Shown: positions 14,459 through 21,068 of the stretch, piece after piece
Layout: the number at the start of each line of letters is the position of its first letter
Numbering within the stretch: position 1 is the first letter of the stretch
IMG/VR virus record: IMGVR_UViG_2698536657_000017
Location: 1-35,026 of that record
Reading direction: 5' to 3' (one strand)
DNA from: a virus
Lineage: Duplodnaviria > Heunggongvirae > Uroviricota > Caudoviricetes
DNA: 35,026 nt
The notes under the pieces: model-generated
What the model was told of the DNA's origin: nothing
Seen by the model: the letters and a program-made list of their open reading frames with translations, nothing else
Databases searched by the model: none
Program-made: the position numbers and the translations under genes

Positions 14459-16543
14459 ATGCTGCCAGACCAGCGACCAGCGACCAGCGACCGTAAATCA
14501 AGAAAGTCTGTAAAATCTGTTGAACCAGACATTGCCGACCGGGCTAACAACTGGCTCAAATCTTATGGACTTGATTACAAACTGGAGCAGGCACCACTTA
14601 ACAACGAGATCGATAACGCACTGGATGCTTATTTTTCGAAAAATGGCGGCACAGGCGGTAATCGTCCCGACGTAAAACTCCTTGTTCAGGACAAATACGG
14701 CAAGCAGTATCCCGTTCTCATCGAGTATAAAGGCTACAAGGACAGGCTTATCAGACTTGGCAGCAACGGTATTATTGAGAACAAAGATGCCAGAAAAGAA
14801 TGGAATTTTAAAAATATTAATGGATACGCGGTGAATGGCGCAGTCCATTATGCCAACGCACTTCTTCAGTTCACCAATTACCCTGATATTATTGCTATTG
14901 GTATGACCGGCTGGCGCGATGATGGTACAGGCGAACTGCATCATGAAATCGGCGTGTGGTACGTATCAAAGAATAATTTAGGAGCCGGGCAGAAGGTTGG
15001 TGAATTCACCGACTTATCGTTCCTTGCTGACAAAAATGTTGATGGATTTCTCAACAAGATAAAGCTGCTTAATCTTCCTCCCGAAGAACTGGAAAAAATC
15101 AAGGCCAGCAAAGAGGAAGAGATAGACACGCGACTTTCCCGTCTGAATAACGATATTTACCAGAATGAAAAGGGGCTTGGTGAAAGCGATCGTGTTTACC
15201 TTGTTGTGGCTACCGTTATTGCAACGTTGGGGATTCCGGGAAAGTTAGCACCGCTGGATAAAAAAGAACTGACCTCTTCAACGGAGGAGGACTTGCGTGA
15301 TGGTGATATTATTTTCAGGAAAATAAGGAATTTTTTAAGGCTGAAAGCTGTTCCTGAAACAAAAAGAGAAATGATTTTGCGCTCGTTGCAAAATACGCTG
15401 TGGACTGAAAACATTAACAAACCAGTCAACGGTGAAAGCCAGTTAAAGCGCGTGTTTGTTAAAGTTGTTGATGATCTTGGGGAGTATTACAAAATCGGAC
15501 TGACCACTGATTTTACGGGCAAACTGTTTAATGAGATGTATCGCTGGCTTGGATTTACGCAGGACAAACTCAATGACGTCGTTCTGACACCACCTTATGT
15601 TGCCACATTGCTGGCACGACTCGCCAGAGTAAACAAAGATTCCTATGTGTGGGATTTTGCTACAGGTTCTGCGGGATTGCTTGTGGCTGCAATGAATGAA
15701 ATGCTCATTGACGCCAGAGAAAATATTCACTCACCGAATGAACTACAACTTAAGGAAGCGCAAATCAAGGCTGAACAGCTTCTTGGCCTTGAGGTGTTAT
15801 CCAGTATTTATATGCTGGCCATCCTGAATATGATTTTGATGGGGGATGGTAGCTCGAATATCCTCAATAAAGACTCGCTAGCCGATTTTGACGGCAAGTA
15901 TGGATTTGGGAAAACAGGAGAAAAATTCCCTGCGGACGCATTTATTCTCAATCCTCCGTATTCAGCTAAAGGTAACGGCATGATTTTCGTGCAGAAGGCG
16001 CTGTCGATGATGGATAAAGGCTATGCTGCAGTGATTATCCAGAGTTCAGCCGGCACAGGAAAGGCTACGGAGTACAACAAAAAAATACTCAAGGAAAATA
16101 CCTTGCTGGCAAGCATCAAAATGCCTGCGGATCTGTTTATTGGTAAATCAAGCGTTCAGACGTACATTTACGTTTTTCAGGTAAAAATTCCGCATAACGC
16201 GAAACAGGCTGTTAAGTTTATCGACTTTTCCAATGACGGCTATGCTCGCTCTAATCGCAAAAAGGCAAGAAACAATCTTGTTGATGCCGATCGTGCAAAA
16301 GAGCGTTATCAGGAGGTTGTGGATCTGGTTCACTTCGGGAAAGGTTGCCTTAATATCTTTACGGAGGATGAATATTTTGAGGGAACAATCGATCCTGATA
16401 GTGGTGAGGACTGGAATCAGACCAGGCCAGTAGATGCTAGGCCAACGCTGGATGATTTCAAAAAGACGGTAGGTGATTACCTTGCATGGGAGGTCTCGCA
16501 ATTACTGAAAAAACAAGGTGAAAACAATTTTGCGGGAAAGTAA
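14459..16543 (+). CDS. Fused PD-ExK nuclease plus gamma-class N6-adenine DNA methyltransferase, BcgI-A-like RM subunit (694 aa)
   Basis: N-terminal D71-X17-E89-x-K91 (NRPDVKLLV...PVLIEYKG, nt 14666-14731). MTase motif I DFATGSAG (15653-15676) precedes motif IV NPPY (15950-15961). AAGGA RBS. It is followed by an HsdS-like gene, and no HsdR-like gene is present. Confidence 0.85.
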   Translation: MLPDQRPATSDRKSRKSVKSVEPDIADRANNWLKSYGLDYKLEQAPLNNEIDNALDAYFSKNGGTGGNRPDVKLLVQDKYGKQYPVLIEYKGYKDRLIRLGSNGIIENKDARKEWNFKNINGYAVNGAVHYANALLQFTNYPDIIAIGMTGWRDDGTGELHHEIGVWYVSKNNLGAGQKVGEFTDLSFLADKNVDGFLNKIKLLNLPPEELEKIKASKEEEIDTRLSRLNNDIYQNEKGLGESDRVYLVVATVIATLGIPGKLAPLDKKELTSSTEEDLRDGDIIFRKIRNFLRLKAVPETKREMILRSLQNTLWTENINKPVNGESQLKRVFVKVVDDLGEYYKIGLTTDFTGKLFNEMYRWLGFTQDKLNDVVLTPPYVATLLARLARVNKDSYVWDFATGSAGLLVAAMNEMLIDARENIHSPNELQLKEAQIKAEQLLGLEVLSSIYMLAILNMILMGDGSSNILNKDSLADFDGKYGFGKTGEKFPADAFILNPPYSAKGNGMIFVQKALSMMDKGYAAVIIQSSAGTGKATEYNKKILKENTLLASIKMPADLFIGKSSVQTYIYVFQVKIPHNAKQAVKFIDFSNDGYARSNRKKARNNLVDADRAKERYQEVVDLVHFGKGCLNIFTEDEYFEGTIDPDSGEDWNQTRPVDARPTLDDFKKTVGDYLAWEVSQLLKKQGENNFAGK
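14468..14492 (+). repeat. Heptanucleotide tandem repeat (GACCAGC) x3.6 inside codons 4-12 of the RM gene
   Basis: Perfect period-7 identity across 14468-14492 (gaccagc gaccagc gaccagc gacc). The unit length is not a multiple of 3. Confidence 0.9.
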
Positions 16544-16602
16544 ATTCCCCGCTCAGCGATAAATTAAGAAGCGTTGAGTGGGGAGAGTTCAGGATTGGCG
16601 AT

Positions 16603-17139
16603 TTGTTCTATGTGAGCACAGGCTCGCTTATCTCCTCAGGAAGATTAAAACCAGGCAAAATTAAACGTGTTTCAGCAAAGAGCGATCAAAACGGTATCAT
16701 CGGAGAGTTTGATACCGAGTTTATGGATGATGCAAGGCATTATGAAAATTTTATAAGCGTTAATTTTTTTGGAGATGCTTTTTATCATCCTTATTGTGCC
16801 AGCGTAGAAATGAAGGTGCATGTTCTTACATTAAAATCAAGTAAGTCCGACTTTAATGCAAAGCGCGGACTGTATGTTGCCAGTATGATTAATAAAGCTT
16901 TAAAGGGGCGTTTTAATTATGGTCAACAGTTATCGAGTTCCAAACTCAGAGATGGAGAATATTTCATCTCATTACCAGTGAAAAATAATGAAATTGACTG
17001 GTTTTTTATGGATAATTATATAGAAGAGCTGGAAGCGGCCCATATAGAAGAGCTGGAAGCTTACTTGCTGGTTAGCGGACTCGCGGACTCGCGGACTCGC
17101 GGACTCGCGGACTCGCGGACTCGCGGACTCGCGGACTGA
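16603..17139 (+). CDS. HsdS-like specificity subunit, N-terminal half (TRD1 plus central helix), terminated inside or after an 8-mer repeat tract
   Basis: The frame is open from 16522. It has the conserved S-subunit N-terminal motif VEWGEFRIGDLF, a TRD-like body, and a coiled-coil FFMDNYIEELEAAHIEELEAYL. It then reads through the repeat as GLADSRTRGLADSRTRGLAD and stops at TGA 17137. The only start codon after the motif region is TTG at 16603. Confidence 0.7.
   Translation: MFYVSTGSLISSGRLKPGKIKRVSAKSDQNGIIGEFDTEFMDDARHYENFISVNFFGDAFYHPYCASVEMKVHVLTLKSSKSDFNAKRGLYVASMINKALKGRFNYGQQLSSSKLRDGEYFISLPVKNNEIDWFFMDNYIEELEAAHIEELEAYLLVSGLADSRTRGLADSRTRGLAD
17018..17060 (+). repeat. In-frame 24-bp tandem duplication (ATATAGAAGAGCTGGAAGC core, x1.8) in the S central helix
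   Basis: Copies at 17018-17036 and 17042-17060 are identical and have a 24-nt period. They encode IEELEAAH/IEELEAYL. Confidence 0.85.
17075..17137 (+). repeat. Octanucleotide tandem repeat (GCGGACTC) x7.9 between the two halves of the S gene
   Basis: There are 7 perfect units at 17075-17130 plus 7 nt of an eighth. The unit length is not a multiple of 3. The flanking ORFs are in different frames (pos mod 3 = 1 upstream, 0 downstream). Confidence 0.97.
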
Positions 17140-17201
17140 TAAGCTATGAGCTTACACCGCAGGAATATAACGCGATTGAGCTATTAAATAGCAATAATCT
17201 T

Positions 17202-17723
17202 ATGTGGGGCACTTATAACCTCAAAAAGTTATTTGGCCCCGCAATAAGAGGTAAGCGTCTGAAAAACGCAGATCGTATTCCCGGATCCTTGCCTTTTGTT
17301 ACTGCGGGTGAAGGCAATGAAGGTATTTCTGCATTTATCAGTAATGATGTTGTTGTATTCCCTGAAAATACCATTACGATAGATATGTTTGGCTCCGCAA
17401 AATACAGAAATTATGAGTATGGTGCAGATGACCATGTGGCAGTTGTTCATACAGAATTCTTTGACAGAAATGCCGTTATTTTCATAACAGCATCAATTCA
17501 TAAGTCTTCTTGTACCGGAAAGTTCAACTACGGGAGAAATTTCTATGCAAAAGATGCCGACGAGTTAATGGTATCTTTGCCGTCAAAAGATAATAACCCT
17601 GATTATTCTTTCATGGAGACGCTAATTTTAGCAGTACATAAACTGGTCATCAAAGATGTTGTCCAGTACACTGATAAAAAGCTGGTAGCGTACAGGCAGA
17701 TTACATCTGAGAAGGTCGTTTAG
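17202..17723 (+). CDS. HsdS-like specificity subunit, C-terminal half (TRD2 plus C-terminal helix)
   Basis: MWGTYNLKKLF parallels WGEFRIGDLF of TRD1. Further parallels are MFGSAKYRNYEYG vs FFGDAFYHPYCAS, and VSLPSKDNNPDYSFMETLI vs ISLPVKNNEIDWFFMDNYI. The frame is open upstream through the repeat tract (...LISYELTPQEYNAIELLNSNNLM). Confidence 0.7.
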   Translation: MWGTYNLKKLFGPAIRGKRLKNADRIPGSLPFVTAGEGNEGISAFISNDVVVFPENTITIDMFGSAKYRNYEYGADDHVAVVHTEFFDRNAVIFITASIHKSSCTGKFNYGRNFYAKDADELMVSLPSKDNNPDYSFMETLILAVHKLVIKDVVQYTDKKLVAYRQITSEKVV

Positions 17724-17845
17724 TGCAAATCCCCACCTGACAGGGTGGGGAATGGTCAGGTTATCGTGCCCTGATGCAGAAAAACAGTTTACAATCGTAA
17801 AAATCATCATATCATGACAAAAGTGGTTACATTGCCACGCAGCCG

Positions 17846-17870
17846 AACCCGCCGATGCGCGGGTTTTTTG
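17846..17870 (+). terminator. Intrinsic terminator
   Basis: AACCCGC-cgat-GCGGGTT followed by a T6 run. Confidence 0.7.
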
Positions 17871-18050
17871 TATCCGGAATCCTGTGAGTTATACGGAAAG
17901 TACACAGAAAGGAAGGTGCGACCGCAATTAATAACAAAATCTTAAAAATTGCATATGGCACTATTAGTTTTCTAAATATTGTATATTTTGAGTATTGCAG
18001 GATATCCCCTGTAACGAAGTTTGCGTAACAGCATTTTACTCTACGAGTTT

Positions 18051-18081
18051 GCCAGCCTCCCCCAGTGGGCTGGCTTTTTTT
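18051..18081 (+). terminator. Intrinsic terminator
   Basis: GCCAGCC-tcccccagtg-GGCTGGC followed by T7. The T-run occurs only in the plus orientation. Confidence 0.65.
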
Positions 18082-18298
18082 ATCTGATGCGCTTCACATC
18101 AGGGTGACGTTCTGTTGCCGCTTCATGGAAAATGTCGCTGAGCCAGCCCGGTATCTCGTCTTCTGTCATATCGTCTGGAATGACAATATCGTATAACCGG
18201 GAGAATTTTCGTTCTGTCAGGTCTGCCCGGAAGACCAGCCAGTGATCACCTTCACGTTTGACACCAATATGTCGACCAAAGACGTTGTAGATTAGCAC
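18080..18298 (-). CDS. Hypothetical small acidic protein (72 aa, GTG start)
   Basis: AAGAGG RBS 6 nt upstream of the GTG. It is the only convincing minus-strand gene inside the rightward late region. No family recognised. Confidence 0.55.
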   Translation of the reverse strand: MLIYNVFGRHIGVKREGDHWLVFRADLTERKFSRLYDIVIPDDMTEDEIPGWLSDIFHEAATERHPDVKRIR

Positions 18299-18485
18299 TA
18301 TCGACCTCTTTCAGGAATTGTGTAACTGAGATGACAGATTCAGATTTCGTCAATAAATGCAAAATGTCAATCCTGAGATCATGGTGAGCTATCTGGCGGT
18401 TTTTTATATCTGTTTAACGGGGGATGTTACATACCTCACAATTCAGTCAGTTGAAGGTTGTCTGCCCGGATGAGAATTTGTTAGA

Positions 18486-18663
18486 AAATTTCTGCATGGT
18501 GAATCCCCCTGAGCGGAGGGGCATATCAGCGACAGGTGGTTGGTTATATCCCTTATCTGGTGCGGGTTCAGGTGCTGATACTGAACTCACCGGGAGGCAC
18601 CCGGCACCATGCAATGAACGGTACATAGCGCTACTCTTCAGCCCCTCTCCGGAGGGGCTTTTT
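18486..18663 (+). ncRNA. Candidate structured RNA / short terminated transcript, unit 1 (ends approximate)
   Basis: Promoter-like TTGAAG (18451-18456) with TGaGAATTT downstream. Closing helix TGCATGGTG (18493-18501) pairs with CACCATGCA (18605-18613). Hairpins CCCCT-N6-AGGGG and CCGGG-aggca-CCCGG. Terminator AGCCCCTC-tccg-GAGGGGCT-TTTT (18640-18663). Confidence 0.45.
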
Positions 18664-18752
18664 AATGAGGGGAAGACACTGGGCAGTGAAATGTTAAATC
18701 ACTCACAATTCAGGTAGTTGACGGTTGTCTGCTTGGCTGAGAATTTGTAAAA

Positions 18753-18939
18753 AAAATCCTGCATGGTGAATCCCCCTGTGCGGAGGGGCGACTGGTGAAT
18801 GGTATGATCTCTTTGATGATCGTAAGCGAGAATACGCGGGTTTGGTGGCACCAGGCCGAACTCACCGGGAGGCACCCGGCACCATGCAGTATACAGAGAT
18901 TAGGCATATACCAAGGCCCCTCATAGCAGGGGCCTTTTT
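18753..18939 (+). ncRNA. Candidate structured RNA / short terminated transcript, unit 2 (ends approximate)
   Basis: Promoter-like TTGACG with TGaGAATTT. Perfect 10-bp closing helix CTGCATGGTG (18759-18768) pairs with CACCATGCAG (18880-18889). It has the same two hairpins as unit 1. It has its own terminator AGGCCCCT-catagc-AGGGGCCT-TTTT (18914-18939). Confidence 0.45.
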
Positions 18940-19157
18940 ACATGCAAAAAAAGCCGCCCCGGGAAGAGCGGTTGGCAAGAAGAAAAGCAATATGAACAAT
19001 TAATTAACGATGGGAATAATACCTTAGAGTAATCACCTTGCGCAACTGTAAGGGCATATTTCATCTTTGCGGGCTGTTTTTCCGGGTGACTTCTGTGTTT
19101 CCGGAGGCCAGCCTGTACCTTCTCTGACTCAGAACATTATCCCGGCCGGGAGGATTC

Positions 19158-21068
19158 ATGGCATTTAAACACTATGACGTGGTCAGGGCGGCGTCGCCGT
19201 CAGACCTTGCGGAACGAATAACTCAAAAACTGAAGGAAGGGTGGCAGCCTTATGGTAGTGCGCTGATTTCGACAGCTGGTTATGGTGCGGAGTTCATCCA
19301 GCCAGTTGTGAGTGAGGGGAGCATCTCATCACCAGAGGAGCCAGGCAACCGTCCGACGACCTCAGCGCCTTCTGTTGCGCCAGAATATTACTATGTGATC
19401 GCGCTTGCTGGTCAGTCCAATGGTATGTCATACGGTGAGGGACTGCCATTACCGGATACATTCGACAGCCCTGATCCACGTATTAAACAGTTAGCGCGTC
19501 GCAGTACGGTGACACCGGGAGGTGCTGCATGTATCTATAACGATATTATCCCGGCAGATCACTGTCTCCATGATGTGGAGGATATGACAGGGCTTAATCA
19601 TCCCAAAGCGGATTTATCGAAAGGTCAGTACGGCTGTGTGGGACAGGGGCTGCATATCGCCAAAAAGCTTCTGCCATTTATACCGGCGAATGCGGGCATT
19701 CTTCTTGTTCCGTGCTGCCGTGGTGGTTCAGCTTTCACCACCGGAACCGATGGCACATACAGTGACACTACTGGCGCCTCAGAGAGTTCCACCCGCTGGG
19801 GGGTGGGCAGGCCGCTGTATAAGGACCTCATTGGTCGTACAAAAGCCGCGCTGGCGAAGAATCCGAAAAATGTGCTGCTTGCCGTGGTATGGATGCAAGG
19901 GGAATTTGATTTTAACGGAACGCCAGCGAATCATGCAGCCCGTTTTACAGAAGTGGTGGATCAATACCGTGCGGACCTTGCAGATATGGCGGGGCAGTGT
20001 GTGGGTGGCTCAGCTGACAGTGTTCCCTGGATTTGTGGAGACACAACATATTTCTGGAAGCAGAAGAACGAAACGGCGTACCAGACGGTGTACGGTAGTT
20101 ACAAAAATAAAACGGAAAAGAATATCCATTTCGTGCCGTTCATGACCGATGAGAACGGGGTGAATGTGCCGACGAACAAACCGGAAGAAGACCCGGATAT
20201 TCCGGATATCGGGTATTACGGTTCAAAATGGCGAACGGACAGAAGCACCTGGACATCTCAGGACAGGGCCAGTCATTTCAGTTCATGGGCTCGCCGTGGG
20301 ATTATTTCCGACCGTCTGGCAACGGCGATTCTGAGCTGCGCGGGTAAGTCTTCTGCGTTTGTTAATGGTACTGCCGGGGTGGTTGTTCCAGACAGACCGG
20401 TTACCACCTCAGAGTCTGTAATTTTTTACGATGCCAAAAAAGCTTCAGACAATCAGCTGAAACCTTATGGCTGGGACGGTATGGATGGCAGACGCACACT
20501 GGTTGATGACAGCGGCAATAAAGCTCTGCGAATTGAGAAAAATAACAGCGCGAAATCCTGGTCAATGTACTGTGATATTGCTGCAGACAAGGCAAAACTT
20601 TTACTGGAAAAAGGCGGGGAAATTGCTGTCCGGTTTAAAATCCCCGAAAACGTCAATCTTGAGACAACCAGAAACAAGTATGCCTTTGGTTTGTACTGGC
20701 GAATAGCGGAATGGCCGGGTGAGGGTGGTGAAGGCTATCTGAGTTCTTTCTTTGTCCAGACAGATAAAGCCAGTATTGATGTTGCATACCATCATACAGT
20801 TAATCAACAAAAAGAACTTGGCACGTTTGGCGCATTCGACCATGACTGGCATACGCTTGCATTTAAATTTAAGGGCAGTAACAGCATTAATGTTACTCCG
20901 GTGCTTGATGGTGTGGATGGACAGGCGTTTGACCTGGTGAAATGGGCCAATACTGCTAATGGACTCAACAGGTTTGTCATTACGGATATTACAGGTAGTG
21001 CAGAAACCTACCCTGTACTTATTGATACGGTGGAAGTTAAAGCAAACAAAGCTGGAGCAGCCGCATAA
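19158..21068 (+). CDS. nanS-p: Prophage sialate O-acetylesterase NanS-p type (DUF1737 N-terminus plus SASA/DUF303 esterase plus C-terminal domain), 636 aa
   Basis: N-terminal MAFKHYDVVRAASPSDLAERITQKLKEGWQPYGS (DUF1737-like). Esterase block YYYVIALAGQSNGMSYGEG with the GQSN motif. The size and the position downstream of the Q/stx slot match NanS-p genes of Stx phages, from memory. Confidence 0.85.
   Translation: MAFKHYDVVRAASPSDLAERITQKLKEGWQPYGSALISTAGYGAEFIQPVVSEGSISSPEEPGNRPTTSAPSVAPEYYYVIALAGQSNGMSYGEGLPLPDTFDSPDPRIKQLARRSTVTPGGAACIYNDIIPADHCLHDVEDMTGLNHPKADLSKGQYGCVGQGLHIAKKLLPFIPANAGILLVPCCRGGSAFTTGTDGTYSDTTGASESSTRWGVGRPLYKDLIGRTKAALAKNPKNVLLAVVWMQGEFDFNGTPANHAARFTEVVDQYRADLADMAGQCVGGSADSVPWICGDTTYFWKQKNETAYQTVYGSYKNKTEKNIHFVPFMTDENGVNVPTNKPEEDPDIPDIGYYGSKWRTDRSTWTSQDRASHFSSWARRGIISDRLATAILSCAGKSSAFVNGTAGVVVPDRPVTTSESVIFYDAKKASDNQLKPYGWDGMDGRRTLVDDSGNKALRIEKNNSAKSWSMYCDIAADKAKLLLEKGGEIAVRFKIPENVNLETTRNKYAFGLYWRIAEWPGEGGEGYLSSFFVQTDKASIDVAYHHTVNQQKELGTFGAFDHDWHTLAFKFKGSNSINVTPVLDGVDGQAFDLVKWANTANGLNRFVITDITGSAETYPVLIDTVEVKANKAGAAA

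Larger units (their letters stand above)
18424..18950 (+). repeat. Tandem direct repeat, two units with a 267-bp period (conserved 99-nt 5' module and 31-nt 3' module, divergent centre)
   Basis: Unit 1 starts at 18424 (atgttacatacctcacaattcag...) and unit 2 at 18691 (atgttaaatcactcacaattcag...). The first 99 nt are about 88% identical, and a later 31-nt block (gaactcaccgggaggcacccggcaccatgca) is identical. Confidence 0.9.

Noticed and set aside
14359-15730. Minus-strand ORFs inside the RM gene (14359-14559, 14498-14944, 14941-15129, 15196-15429, 15443-15730)
   Set aside because: They are antisense to a gene with clear methyltransferase motifs, and their hydrophobic or low-complexity translations are typical of shadow ORFs.
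17075-17137. CRISPR array or other spacer-containing repeat
   Set aside because: The 8-nt units are strictly contiguous with no spacers and lie inside a coding region. It is a simple-sequence repeat, not a CRISPR array. No CRISPR-like arrays occur elsewhere in the window.
18813-18833. Hammerhead-like core (TTGATGA-tcg-taag-cga-GAAT) in RNA unit 2
   Set aside because: The invariant C of CUGAUGA is missing. No matching stem I/III context or cleavage-site triplet was found. The motif lies in the non-conserved core and is absent from unit 1.
18492-18889. Retron msr/msd interpretation of the terminal inverted repeats CTGCATGGTG...CACCATGCAG
   Set aside because: No reverse-transcriptase ORF lies anywhere in the window or adjacent to the units. 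Each unit has its own terminator rather than reading into a downstream gene.
13930-19157. stxA/stxB genes and the tRNA cluster expected downstream of Q in Stx phages
   Set aside because: No ORFs resemble an A subunit of about 319 aa or a B subunit of about 89 aa with signal peptides. By eye I found no cloverleaf-compatible segments with a GTTCGAATC-like T-arm.
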